From the sequence record PZ445432.1: DNA of 64,000 bases; one strand, 5' to 3'. Origin of the DNA: a phage. The translations under genes and the position numbers were made by a program. Shown here piece after piece: positions 29,100-37,905 of this stretch (positions are counted from its first letter, which is position 1; the number at the start of each line of letters is the position of its first letter). The notes under the pieces are model-generated. The model ran no database searches and was not told where the DNA came from. It worked only from the letters and a program-made list of their open reading frames with translations.

Positions 29100-29465
29100 C
29101 CTACCTCCAAATCTTGAAGTATGCCGGAATCGGTAGACGGGGCTGCCTAAAAGGTTTATAGGGAACATCCACTCCCTGCAACATACCTCATAAAGCGGCT
29201 GAGATAAATGGTCTATCTCGTGAAGGTTCAAGTCCTTCTGCTTCTTGATACATCTATGGCTCAAAGTGTAACGGTGCTATTTGATGCTCTTGGTAAGACT
29301 TCCCCGACATGCGTTCGGGAGTAAGCTGCTAAGACTAGAGTAGAAGAGTTTCTGAGAGCCGCCACAATTGAAAATTCGTACTCGTCTTGAGCTGCGTGCA
29401 ATAGGAGATAACTTGATTAGTATTCTAGAACATGCTAATTGAGGATGGTTTCGCTAACCCTGCGA
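29100..29465 (+). ncRNA. candidate structured RNA region including a tRNA-like T-arm (29212-29228)
   Basis: ORF-free 365 nt between tRNAs; gaaggttcaagtccttc T-arm-like hairpin; 13-bp inverted repeat ccacaattgaaaa/ttttcaattgtgg (29353-29365 and 29457-29469). Confidence 0.3.
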
Positions 29466-29542
29466 GTTTTCAATTGTGGCTATATCATAATTGGTTAATG
29501 ATCCTGATTGTGAATCAGGCCTATGTGGATTCGAATTCCACT
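29466..29542 (+). tRNA. tRNA-His (anticodon GUG)
   Basis: acceptor gtggcta/tagccac, D stem tcat/atga, anticodon arm cctga-ttGTGaa-tcagg, T-arm gtggattcgaattccac, CCA. Confidence 0.8.
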
Positions 29543-29577
29543 AGCCACCCCAAATTAACTTAAATAGGAAATAAAAT

Positions 29578-29775
29578 ATGGCTGATTTCTGCAAACAATG
29601 CTCCATTGATATGTGGGGCAGAGATACTGGTGATCTTTCTGGTTTGATTACAGAAGCCGAAGTCAAAGAAGGTTATGGTGCAGTTGTGGTTTGCGAAGGA
29701 TGCGGAGTTATTCGAGTAGATCATGAAGGCAAACGTTTAGAAGAACCGGAAAATTTAGGAGAAACAAATGAGTAA
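29578..29775 (+). CDS. small zinc-ribbon-like protein
   Basis: CKQC ... CEGC paired Cys motifs. Confidence 0.45.
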   Translation: MADFCKQCSIDMWGRDTGDLSGLITEAEVKEGYGAVVVCEGCGVIRVDHEGKRLEEPENLGETNE

Positions 29776-30004
29776 TGCTTTAATTAGTGAAATTATGTTA
29801 ACACGTCTTGCAGAACTGCAAACTCTTCGAGATGAATCTCAGAATAACTTATCCTACCATAAACAGATGGTAGATACTCTTACTACTCGTATTGAAACTT
29901 ACGAGCGTGATATTGCAGCATTACAAGCTCTTTTCTCCGTATCAGCACCAGATACGTTAGAACAGCCTGCTGTATCTCAGCCAGTAGAGACAGCATCTAG
30001 TTAA
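29768..30004 (+). CDS. hypothetical coiled-coil protein
   Basis: ORF from track. Confidence 0.45.
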   Translation: MSNALISEIMLTRLAELQTLRDESQNNLSYHKQMVDTLTTRIETYERDIAALQALFSVSAPDTLEQPAVSQPVETASS

Positions 30005-30013
30005 TAGCATTTT

Positions 30014-30089
30014 TGGAGTGTAGATCAATTGGCAGATCGTCGGCCTCTGACTCCGAAGGTTCCTGGTTCGATCCCAGGCACTCCAGCCA
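30014..30089 (+). tRNA. tRNA-Gln (anticodon CUG)
   Basis: U1-A72 acceptor tggagtg/cactcca, D stem gatc/gatc, anticodon loop cTCTGac, T-arm cctggttcgatcccagg, CCA. Confidence 0.75.
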
Positions 30090-30095
30090 AATAAT

Positions 30096-30171
30096 TGGAG
30101 AGTAGTGTAACGGTTAGCACAACGGCCTTTGACTCCGTTAATGGTAGGTTCGATTCCTCCTTCTCCAGCCA
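30096..30171 (+). tRNA. tRNA-Gln (anticodon UUG)
   Basis: U1-A72 acceptor tggagag/ttctcca, anticodon loop cTTTGac, T-arm gtaggttcgattcctcc, CCA. Confidence 0.75.
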
Positions 30172-30178
30172 AAATAAT

Positions 30179-30253
30179 GCGTGATTAGTTCAGTGGCTAG
30201 AACAACTGGCTTCCAACCAGTAGACACGAGTTCGACTCTCGTATCCCGCACCA
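30179..30253 (+). tRNA. tRNA-Gly (anticodon UCC)
   Basis: anticodon arm actgg-cTTCCaa-ccagt, D stem gttc/gaac, T-arm acgagttcgactctcgt, CCA; one U-C mismatch in acceptor. Confidence 0.75.
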
Positions 30254-30267
30254 AATAAGGAATCTCT

Positions 30268-30519
30268 ATGCACGTTTTTGAGTTTCGTAATAAAAGTACC
30301 AATAAACGAGTTATTGTTATTGGGGAAACATATCGAGCATATGAACAAACTGACGGCTCTGTTATCTTGAATGATGAGAAAGGGGGTTTTAGCTTTTATC
30401 CAGAAGAACCTTATGAAGAGTTTCGAAAACAATTTAACCTAGACTGGAGAAAGCATTTAAACACTGTTGCTTCATCTGTAGTACTGCCAACTACCAGTAC
30501 TGTACTATCTAATGGCTGA
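30268..30519 (+). CDS. hypothetical protein
   Basis: ORF from track. Confidence 0.45.
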   Translation: MHVFEFRNKSTNKRVIVIGETYRAYEQTDGSVILNDEKGGFSFYPEEPYEEFRKQFNLDWRKHLNTVASSVVLPTTSTVLSNG

Positions 30520-30676
30520 TAACCTAAAAGTCAAGATCGACAAACAAAAGAAACGTGTAGAAGTAGAGATTGGTGAAGAACGTGTAGCCTTCACCTTTGA
30601 ATTTCTACAACAAATGGCAATGACAGTTATGACTGATAAGTCTCCTGTTATTGAAAAAGAAATCCCGTTGAAATAA
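30512..30676 (+). CDS. small hypothetical protein (54 aa)
   Basis: hand-translated MADNLKVKIDKQKKRVEVEIGEER...; followed by cccgttgaaataacggg hairpin. Confidence 0.3.
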   Translation: MADNLKVKIDKQKKRVEVEIGEERVAFTFEFLQQMAMTVMTDKSPVIEKEIPLK

Positions 30677-30684
30677 CGGGTTCT

Positions 30685-30771
30685 GCTGGGTTGGCAGAAT
30701 GGTTGAATGCACCTGATTTGTAATCAGGAGGAGTAATCCCGTTGCAGGTTCGAATCCTGTGCCCAGCACCA
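30685..30771 (+). tRNA. type II tRNA, anticodon read as UGU (identity uncertain)
   Basis: acceptor gctgggt/gcccagc, anticodon arm cctga-ttTGTaa-tcagg, 15-nt variable arm, T-arm gcaggttcgaatcctgt, CCA. Confidence 0.55.
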
Positions 30772-30785
30772 ATTTAAGGACTATT

Positions 30786-30953
30786 ATGTTTAAACTGTTA
30801 GTAGTTATCTGGTATAGTCAATCAAATAGAGCGAATACCTCCCACGTTATAGACTTTACTACTAAAAATGAAGCTGAAAAAGCATATGCTAATTTAATAG
30901 AACGCAATAAAGAATCTCGTAGTATAGTTTATGAAGTGACTAAACTTTATTAA
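30786..30953 (+). CDS. hypothetical protein
   Basis: internal ATG with AAGGA RBS; track ORF start 30759 overlaps the tRNA and is trimmed. Confidence 0.4.
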   Translation: MFKLLVVIWYSQSNRANTSHVIDFTTKNEAEKAYANLIERNKESRSIVYEVTKLY

Positions 30954-30992
30954 AAATTCATTTGCTTTCCCTCTTATTTATTGTTATAATAT
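30952..30992 (+). promoter_or_regulatory. conserved early sigma70 promoter
   Basis: aaaaattcatttgctttccc...ttgttataat. Confidence 0.55.
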
Positions 30993-31020
30993 TTATATAA
31001 ATTAATGAGAGGGAAACCAA

Positions 31021-31311
31021 ATGAAACGTTATCTTTCTGTTATGTTCCAAACCGGCGGCCAAAGATACACCTATGAATTTCCACCTTCCTGGAAAATCAG
31101 GGAAGGTGATCAAATAGTTGTGTTGACACCGCGTGAAGAATATAAAGTAGTGACGGTTAAACAAGTATTTCCAAAAGATCATGAACCAGCTATAGGCATC
31201 CGATATAAGATGATTCATGGCGTGGTTCGTCAAGTACCACGAACTGAGGTAGAAGTAGATAATACTGGAGAAACTAAATTCCATTATACTTCTTACTTAG
31301 ACAGTGTGTGA
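31021..31311 (+). CDS. hypothetical protein
   Basis: ORF from track. Confidence 0.5.
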   Translation: MKRYLSVMFQTGGQRYTYEFPPSWKIREGDQIVVLTPREEYKVVTVKQVFPKDHEPAIGIRYKMIHGVVRQVPRTEVEVDNTGETKFHYTSYLDSV

Positions 31312-31326
31312 TGTAAATATTTTAAT

Positions 31327-31403
31327 GCTTCGGTAGCTTAGCGATCTAAAGCACTCGGCTGATAACCGAGAGATCAGGGGTTTAAATCCCTCCCGGAGTA
31401 CCA
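31327..31403 (+). tRNA. tRNA-Ile (anticodon GAU)
   Basis: acceptor gcttcgg/ccggagt with G-U pairs, D stem gctt/aagc, anticodon arm ctcgg-ctGATaa-ccgag, T-loop tttaaat, CCA. Confidence 0.75.
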
Positions 31404-31499
31404 AATCTAGGAATTAAGACTATGCGTCCAGGAAAGTTTAAAAAAGCTAGTTGGTCTAAAGAGTACAAAGAATACTTACTTAGCCTAGTAAAACGTAAT

Positions 31500-31575
31500 A
31501 GTTAGTTGGCAGAGTGGTTATGCGCCTCCTTCATACGGAGCGACTACAGTGGTTCAAATCCACTACTAACTACCA
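31500..31575 (+). tRNA. tRNA with CAU anticodon (Met or Ile2)
   Basis: acceptor agttagt/actaact, anticodon loop ttCATac, T-arm agtggttcaaatccact, CCA. Confidence 0.7.
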
Positions 31576-31588
31576 AACAGGAGATCTA

Positions 31589-31957
31589 ATGAAAGCGTAT
31601 CAAAATCTTAAATCTGGCGTAATTAATATTGTTCATAATAATCAGATTATTCAACTGTACTCTAAAGATGGTGAACTTAAACAAAAGGTTCTAGTTGAAG
31701 ATCTAGATGGTATCACACCTCATTTTGACCCAGAATCCTTTCGTGAAGTCAAAGTGGAAGTCGCCCCTCAAATTGAAGGTGGTCAACACCTAAATGTCAA
31801 TGTGTTAAGTCGTGATCAGCTTTTGGATGCGCAGAAACATCCTGAAAAATACCCTCAATTAACTATCCGTGTTTCAGGGTACGCTGTGCGTTTTAACGCA
31901 CTGACGCGTGAACAGCAGAACGACGTTATTAGTCGTACATTTACTCAGGCGATGTAA
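31589..31957 (+). CDS. grcA: autonomous glycyl radical cofactor GrcA(YfiD)-like protein
   Basis: C-terminus [10 protein letters not shown]...[34 protein letters not shown] closely matches E. coli GrcA as recalled; AGGAG RBS; track start 31514 overlaps the tRNA. Confidence 0.8.
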   Translation: MKAYQNLKSGVINIVHNNQIIQLYSKDGELKQKVLVEDLDGITPHFDPESFREVKVEVAPQIEGGQHLNVNVLSRDQLLDAQKHPEKYPQLTIRVSGYAVRFNALTREQQNDVISRTFTQAM

Positions 31958-32038
31958 TGGGGCTTGGATACGGTTTCTACGAACTACGTAAGGTAGTCGA
32001 GCAAACTCCATTTATCTCCCAAGTTTTAGGAGAAATGT

Positions 32039-32353
32039 GTGGATCGAGCATTAAGACGTCATCACCGGCAACGTGTAAAGAACAACCGCAAGAAGTATTG
32101 GACAGTCTTCCCACATGAAGAAAGCCCTAAACGGTTAGGTATTATCACTACTACTCCTTGTATCTGTTCTTGTTGGATGTGCGGGAACCCTCGCAAACAC
32201 TTTAAGAATAGTAAAGCAGGGATGAAAACCTCGGAGATTAGGAAAATGGAAGCAATGATTACGGATATTTCAAATGATGAATTTGATGGCTTCGTAGGAT
32301 TCGGGGAAGATATTAGCTCGGACTGTTTCGAAGATGAGCTCCCAGGTCTATGA
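32039..32353 (+). CDS. hypothetical basic Cys-rich protein
   Basis: GTG start with AGGAG RBS; CICSCWMCGNP cluster. Confidence 0.5.
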   Translation: MDRALRRHHRQRVKNNRKKYWTVFPHEESPKRLGIITTTPCICSCWMCGNPRKHFKNSKAGMKTSEIRKMEAMITDISNDEFDGFVGFGEDISSDCFEDELPGL

Positions 32354-32362
32354 TTAATAACA

Positions 32363-32398
32363 AACCCCAGCTATTGAATAAGTAGTCTGGGGTTTTTC
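32363..32398 (+). terminator. rho-independent terminator
   Basis: aaccccag...ctggggtt hairpin followed by tttt. Confidence 0.65.
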
Positions 32399-32474
32399 TG
32401 TATACAGGTAGATAATTTATGTATAATAAAATTCATCCACATTAGGTTAATTCAAAAGACTTAATGGAGGTAAT

Positions 32475-32822
32475 ATGAGCCGTACTTATCGTAGACAAAC
32501 TGGTGATCAGTGGTGGAAGTCTAAAGCTAATTACACCCAGGGATATACTTTCCTCAAAGCAAGTGACTACTACATTCGTGTTACTTATGCTAAATCCTGG
32601 GATGAGGTAGAACAGGAAATGGAAGAAGCAACCATTCGTAATGAGAAAAAGGATGGTTATAGCTGGAATTCTGTTAGTAAGAATGTTAAGTGGCATTCTA
32701 ATAAAATGGTTCGTCAAGGAAATCGTCAAGAACTCCACCGCGTGATGAAAGACCCAGAAAATTACGACTATAATCGCGATCATGACATGCGTAAGCGTGG
32801 GTTACGGTGGTGCTATGACTAA
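32475..32822 (+). CDS. hypothetical protein
   Basis: GGAGG RBS. Confidence 0.5.
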   Translation: MSRTYRRQTGDQWWKSKANYTQGYTFLKASDYYIRVTYAKSWDEVEQEMEEATIRNEKKDGYSWNSVSKNVKWHSNKMVRQGNRQELHRVMKDPENYDYNRDHDMRKRGLRWCYD

Positions 32823-32829
32823 ATTCTGA

Positions 32830-32870
32830 AATAATTCATTTGCTAAACCTCTCTTTTCTTGCTATAATAT
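32830..32870 (+). promoter_or_regulatory. conserved early sigma70 promoter
   Basis: aattcatttgctaaacc...gctataat. Confidence 0.55.
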
Positions 32871-32898
32871 ATTTATAAATTGATGAGAGAGGTTTGAA

Positions 32899-33180
32899 AT
32901 GAAAACTCGTCTAGACTGTGCTGTTCATGTTCTTGAACATGATGTTGTGGGAACCTGTATGTCTTATCACGAAGCAGGTCGTTTAATTAAAGAACGTGTG
33001 GCAGATGTATGTGGGTTGAAGATTACTGCTGAGGAAGCTGATGATCTTCTAGACCAGGCACTGGGGAAAACAGAAATATTCCTCTGCGATTCCTGCTCCT
33101 GGTGGTGTGAAGCTCACGAACATTCCTTCAACGATTATGATGTATGCCGTGACTGTAATGAGGGGGACCATGATGAATAA
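32899..33180 (+). CDS. hypothetical Cys-rich protein
   Basis: ORF from track; C...CDSCSWWC...CRDC. Confidence 0.5.
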   Translation: MKTRLDCAVHVLEHDVVGTCMSYHEAGRLIKERVADVCGLKITAEEADDLLDQALGKTEIFLCDSCSWWCEAHEHSFNDYDVCRDCNEGDHDE

Positions 33181-33472
33181 GTTTATTGTTGCACTGATGG
33201 TTTCAGCAGTTAGTTTCGGTTCTCTAGCATCTACCAAAGTTTTTATGAAAAACGGTAATGTTAGGGTACAACAGAATGGTATTATTACCGAGTATGGTAA
33301 AGTGCGTGATATTAAAGAACGTAATGGCAAAGTAGAAATATATACTAATAAAAACTTCTCTACTCCAGCCGTTACTGTTAGCAAACGCGGTGAAATAACC
33401 ACTCAACGTACTAATAGCTCTAGTTCTTTTACTTGTCGTTATGATTGCGACTTTGAAGGTGAAGATGAATAA
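33170..33472 (+). CDS. secreted hypothetical protein
   Basis: signal-peptide-like MMNKFIVALMVSAVSFGSLAS; track start 33107 trimmed to the internal ATG. Confidence 0.5.
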   Translation: MMNKFIVALMVSAVSFGSLASTKVFMKNGNVRVQQNGIITEYGKVRDIKERNGKVEIYTNKNFSTPAVTVSKRGEITTQRTNSSSSFTCRYDCDFEGEDE

Positions 33473-33815
33473 TTTAGATCCTAGAATTAAATTTGCAATT
33501 ACAGAAATCCAAGATCAAATTGATGAAGACTTCACTGTTTGGTCAAGGTCCGGTAACGGGGAATACTGCCAGCTTTATAGCATGAAAATGGGTATCTCAA
33601 TTGAGCTTAATATCAACTCTGAAGGTAGAGTAGAAGCCCAACCCATGTTCAGTGTTCCAGGCTTCTCTGGATTTGTTGCAGGTATGAAATTGTGTCTACC
33701 AAATAACCATCTTCATCGAGTTATTTGTCAACTAGAGACTATTAAACACTTCTTGCCAGAAGGTAATATTAATGACTACTACCATGAAGTTGTAGCAGCT
33801 CATATGATGAAATAA
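33465..33815 (+). CDS. hypothetical protein
   Basis: internal ATG with GAAGG RBS. Confidence 0.5.
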   Translation: MNNLDPRIKFAITEIQDQIDEDFTVWSRSGNGEYCQLYSMKMGISIELNINSEGRVEAQPMFSVPGFSGFVAGMKLCLPNNHLHRVICQLETIKHFLPEGNINDYYHEVVAAHMMK

Positions 33816-33837
33816 TGCAAACGTCGGAGAGAAGAAC

Positions 33838-34134
33838 GTGAAAAGACTAAACATCAACAGCACAGTGCAGATTCCAGCAACTAAGGATATTTTAACCTTC
33901 CTACGGAGTGAAAACGCTCAGTTTTGGCATGATCATGTTGTAAAGAACGGTAGTACTCCAGATGTAGTTGCCTTTGCTAAAAAACGTATCGAGGAGTACA
34001 AAGATCCAGAGATTAAAGATGGTATGATTACTATGCAGTTGTGGGTAGCTATGCAAACCTTTGGCCCCACCATGTGTTTAGGAAATACTCCATTATTTAC
34101 AAATATTTTAATTAATGAAAAGGATTTGAAATGA
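33838..34134 (+). CDS. hypothetical protein
   Basis: ORF from track. Confidence 0.5.
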   Translation: MKRLNINSTVQIPATKDILTFLRSENAQFWHDHVVKNGSTPDVVAFAKKRIEEYKDPEIKDGMITMQLWVAMQTFGPTMCLGNTPLFTNILINEKDLK

Positions 34135-34415
34135 TTGTTTCTCCATTTGCTCTTTGGTTCGTCATTGGGTCTATAGTTGCTATTTATAGTCTAATAGATG
34201 ATTTATTCATCTCCAAGAATAAAGATGTGTTCTTATATGTTGCACACAAAACACGCCCATCAGACCTAGCACCTCTTGATGATAAAACGCTACTAAGATG
34301 TGCTAGAGCTGCAATATTTATTATGGATATTCTGCTAGGACCAGCATCTGTATTTTTCTATTACCGAAAAACTCGTAATATGAAAAAATTTAAAGCAGAA
34401 ATGCAGAATAACTAA
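34131..34415 (+). CDS. small membrane protein
   Basis: hydrophobic N-terminal helix. Confidence 0.5.
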   Translation: MIVSPFALWFVIGSIVAIYSLIDDLFISKNKDVFLYVAHKTRPSDLAPLDDKTLLRCARAAIFIMDILLGPASVFFYYRKTRNMKKFKAEMQNN

Positions 34416-34489
34416 AGAACTCGCGTAGGACCGAGTTGCGTCACCTGCAACTGTTACGGATAAGGGAGTCGTGCCCCTTAGTGCGGTAA

Positions 34490-34870
34490 GTGGTGAGTTG
34501 GTCGCTGACCCTAACTGGAGATGATATGACTATATTACTAATTCTTGTTACTACCTGGTTTTTAATCGGTGCTGGATATGCAATAGCTATTATTAGACAT
34601 TTGGATGAACATTCTGCTGAATGGTTTGTTAAATATCTACGTATAGACAACAAGGATCACGAGTTTAAAGATGAAAAGCAGAAAAAAGCAGTTGAAGAAA
34701 TGACAGGCGAAGAATGTTTATTCTATATGCGTGCAATAGGATTCTTAGGATTATTTAGTGCTGGCCCACTAGGTTTTACCATAGCTCCTTATAAAGAAAC
34801 AGTAGACGATATTAAGTTATGGAGAAATGCAGGGGTACTACGCAAAGCTAGAGAAACTAATATTACATAA
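34490..34870 (+). CDS. membrane protein
   Basis: two hydrophobic segments. Confidence 0.5.
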   Translation: MVSWSLTLTGDDMTILLILVTTWFLIGAGYAIAIIRHLDEHSAEWFVKYLRIDNKDHEFKDEKQKKAVEEMTGEECLFYMRAIGFLGLFSAGPLGFTIAPYKETVDDIKLWRNAGVLRKARETNIT

Positions 34871-34913
34871 GATTGACACTAAGTCAGCTTACTAGCAAAA
34901 GCAAATAATGACA

Positions 34914-34950
34914 AAGCCCAGCCTGCACTTTTGCAACTGGGCTATTTTTA
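34914..34950 (+). terminator. rho-independent terminator
   Basis: aagcccag...ctgggct hairpin followed by attttta. Confidence 0.6.
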
Positions 34951-34954
34951 TAAT

Positions 34955-34995
34955 AAAATTTTAGTTGCTTAGATGCCCAAACTTTTGTATAATAT
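34955..34995 (+). promoter_or_regulatory. conserved early sigma70 promoter
   Basis: aaaattttagttgcttagatg...tgtataat. Confidence 0.55.
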
Positions 34996-35024
34996 GTTTA
35001 TAGATTGAGGCAAGAGGATTAAAT

Positions 35025-35705
35025 ATGAGGATTATTTCTAAGTTCGCCGATGTGTATGATCTGCAGAACAGTTTGTTTGACCCAGATCGTGTGTGGGAAC
35101 GTAAAACTGAAGAGCTAACAATAAAAGCCCCAGATGATGACAACTATACGATCATGCAAGAACGTAGGATTGCTCGTATTGAGGGAAAGATTGGTTACTT
35201 TAAAATTTTGCCTTTCTTCCTAGCTGGGGAGATTTACTGGTTATACCACATTGATGTACTGGATACCCAAGTAAAAACCTTCAGTTTGGACGAGGCGTTA
35301 GAAATTTTGGAGGAGAAGGGATGGTCAACAGGGTTTTCTTTGCTAGACATAAATAGGGGGAAGCCAAAAGAGTCTATCTTAGCATGGCAAGAAGAAGTTA
35401 CCCCCAAAGCTAAAGAAGCCTTAACTGAGTTAAGAGTACCCTTAGCAATTCTAGACTCAGTAGTTCCAAATGATAAAGATAACAATAAATACTTCAAGGT
35501 TATAACTAATCCACGCCTACACCTATCAGGAATACCGTGGCAGAGTGTGGAACCTAACTTATATCGACTGCACCAAAGAATCGAGCAGTATATTTGGGGT
35601 GTACTAGGAACTGGTGAGCCTGATATGATTACTGTGTCAGATAAAGACCGCCTAGCAGCACATGGATTTGATACGGTTACGTCATTCAGGAATATGAAAA
35701 GATGA
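35025..35705 (+). CDS. hypothetical protein
   Basis: ORF from track. Confidence 0.55.
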   Translation: MRIISKFADVYDLQNSLFDPDRVWERKTEELTIKAPDDDNYTIMQERRIARIEGKIGYFKILPFFLAGEIYWLYHIDVLDTQVKTFSLDEALEILEEKGWSTGFSLLDINRGKPKESILAWQEEVTPKAKEALTELRVPLAILDSVVPNDKDNNKYFKVITNPRLHLSGIPWQSVEPNLYRLHQRIEQYIWGVLGTGEPDMITVSDKDRLAAHGFDTVTSFRNMKR

Positions 35706-36145
35706 TAAAAAACTTTATTAGTTCTCTATGGCAAGGTAAATGGTATATCCTGGGAGCAGGTCTAGCGATAGGCATCGGATTCGGTGCTTATCACTTAGTA
35801 GATAAAGTGGAGACTTTAGCAGGAGATCTTGCGGTAGCTACTAAAAAGATTTCTTCCCTAGAAACTTCCCTCAATAAGGTGAAAGCTGAAAGCGAACTTC
35901 GTGAGACTAGAATGAATCAGTATTTCACAATGAATAATATTTCGCAAGCAGATCTAGACAAAAAGATTAAGCAGTTAGATAAAGCTCTTAGTCGCCAAGA
36001 TATTATAGCTGCAAAGCCTGGATTGGTAACATTAATTGCTAAAAAGCAGAGTAAAGAATTTGAGGAGAGATTAGCATGTCTTTCTGGAAGTGTGGAATAC
36101 TGCTCGCAGCCGCAATCACAATCACAGGCTGTGCACAAGAAATAA
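35702..36145 (+). CDS. membrane-anchored coiled-coil protein
   Basis: N-terminal TM helix then heptad-like region. Confidence 0.5.
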   Translation: MIKNFISSLWQGKWYILGAGLAIGIGFGAYHLVDKVETLAGDLAVATKKISSLETSLNKVKAESELRETRMNQYFTMNNISQADLDKKIKQLDKALSRQDIIAAKPGLVTLIAKKQSKEFEERLACLSGSVEYCSQPQSQSQAVHKK

Positions 36146-36429
36146 AGCCAGAGCCCTCTCATGAGCTACCAACAGCTCACGTAGATTGGCCTAAAGGACT
36201 TCAACCTTGTAGCTTTGACTTTAAGTTTGAAAAGAAAGTAGCTACAAATGGAGAAGAGGGCGTAGTAGTTGTTGTACCATATAAAGATTGGAATATGTTG
36301 GCAAAATGCCGTGAGGCAGAATATTCCTTTATTTCACGACTGACTAGTATGGTTTGCTTCTATCGCCAAGATTTACAAGAAAAACGTTGCTTAATTTACT
36401 ATCCACCCATTAACAGTAGGAAAGATTAA
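36076..36429 (+). CDS. putative lipoprotein
   Basis: signal peptide with lipobox-like ITGC; overlaps the preceding ORF in another frame. Confidence 0.45.
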   Translation: MSFWKCGILLAAAITITGCAQEIKPEPSHELPTAHVDWPKGLQPCSFDFKFEKKVATNGEEGVVVVVPYKDWNMLAKCREAEYSFISRLTSMVCFYRQDLQEKRCLIYYPPINSRKD

Positions 36430-37181
36430 TGTCAGTATTAGTAGGTTTACATGGCGAGGCAGGTGCAGGAAAAGATACCGTTGCAAAATTAATTATCGAT
36501 TGGTGTAATGACACGTATCCAACGTGTTTACCACGTCGTTACAGTTTTGCTAAACCAGTTTATGAGCTTGCATCCGTAATCCTCGGGGTAACTCCAGAGT
36601 TTCTAGGAGAGCGCAGGGGAAAAGAAATTGACCAATGGTTTACGGTCACACAATCTCAATTGGAGCGAGCTAGAGACGTATGGTTTAAATATGGTATCGA
36701 TAAGTTTGAAGACTTCTCGTACGTTTGGCCGATTTTTGAGGAAAAATATCTTAATCCTCAACAACTTATCTCAGAGAATAAAGAAGACGGACTTTATAGT
36801 TTATTTATTTCTCCGAGAAAAATGTTACAGCTCGTAGGAACAGAGCTAGGAAGGCAGCTGGTACATGAACGCATTTGGCTCATAATTCTGGAGCAATCCA
36901 TCGCTAAAGACGACCCAGATGTCGCCGTAATAACAGATGTGAGATTCCCCAATGAAGGAGAGTTACTCAGAGAAACGAACCATTTAGATATGGATTCTTT
37001 ACTAATAAATGTAGTGCCCGCTGAGCAGAAGTTCACTATTAAATCAGATCATCCATCTGAAAGTGGTATTCCTACAAAATATATCACTCACGAATTAGTT
37101 AATAAATTCGATGGTATCAATAACCTTAAACTAGAAGTGTATAACTTCTGTGACTTAGAGCTAGAACCACTAGTTGGATAA
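36429..37181 (+). CDS. dnk: deoxynucleoside monophosphate kinase
   Basis: P-loop GEAGAGKDT; size and position consistent with T5 dNMP kinase. Confidence 0.7.
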   Translation: MSVLVGLHGEAGAGKDTVAKLIIDWCNDTYPTCLPRRYSFAKPVYELASVILGVTPEFLGERRGKEIDQWFTVTQSQLERARDVWFKYGIDKFEDFSYVWPIFEEKYLNPQQLISENKEDGLYSLFISPRKMLQLVGTELGRQLVHERIWLIILEQSIAKDDPDVAVITDVRFPNEGELLRETNHLDMDSLLINVVPAEQKFTIKSDHPSESGIPTKYITHELVNKFDGINNLKLEVYNFCDLELEPLVG

Positions 37182-37193
37182 TCAAGGATTGCT

Positions 37194-37787
37194 ATGGCTA
37201 ATAAAAAAGAAGAAAAGACTAACCTGTTTCACTCCATTCGCCAATCTAACGAGTATACCTTTTTCTTTGATGAAGAACTTGGTCCGCCTGATGAATACCG
37301 TGATTTATCAATGGTACTTATGCAGGCAAATGAGGACGACGAAATTAATCTGATGATTAATGGCCCTGGTGGCTATGTTGATACCGCTGCACAGTTATCT
37401 AACTTAATTGCCAATTGCCGTGGAACAGTTATAGGACATCTGATTGGTCCTAGTGCTTCTGCTTATTGCACAATTTTCCTATCCTGTCATAGATGGGTAG
37501 TACATCCACATGCTACGCTAATGGGACACACGTTCTCTGGCGGATTCTGTGAGAAAGGTCAAGAAATCAAGAAAGCCTATGAATCTTACAACAAGTTTGT
37601 AGAAGATATGATGCTAGATGTCTACTATCCGTTCTTCTCAATAGATGAAATCGACGAGATGGTAAAAGACAACAAAAATATCTATCTAGATAGCAAGGAA
37701 ATTCATAAGCGTATTGAAATCTTGGCAAAATATCGATCTGAGCAATATAATAAAGCCCAGTTACCTCAATCCTGGGGGCACAACTAA
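37194..37787 (+). CDS. ClpP-like serine protease
   Basis: INGPGGYVDTAAQ and GPSASAY...H.H...MGH resemble ClpP catalytic-core motifs. Confidence 0.55.
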   Translation: MANKKEEKTNLFHSIRQSNEYTFFFDEELGPPDEYRDLSMVLMQANEDDEINLMINGPGGYVDTAAQLSNLIANCRGTVIGHLIGPSASAYCTIFLSCHRWVVHPHATLMGHTFSGGFCEKGQEIKKAYESYNKFVEDMMLDVYYPFFSIDEIDEMVKDNKNIYLDSKEIHKRIEILAKYRSEQYNKAQLPQSWGHN

Positions 37788-37803
37788 GAGTAAGTAGTTT
37801 TAA

Positions 37804-37835
37804 GCCAGGGTTTAACGACCCTGGCCTTTCTTTTA
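37804..37835 (+). terminator. rho-independent terminator
   Basis: gccagggtttaacgaccctggc followed by ctttctttt. Confidence 0.65.
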
Positions 37836-37905
37836 TCTAAAATTCTTCTTGACAACGACATAATTTTGTGCTCCAAGTGTAACGTTTAAAAACCAATTGA
37901 AATTT

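Noticed and set aside
31514-31588. N-terminal extension of the GrcA-like ORF
   Set aside because: It overlaps the tRNA (CAU) at 31500-31575; the ATG at 31589 has an AGGAG RBS.
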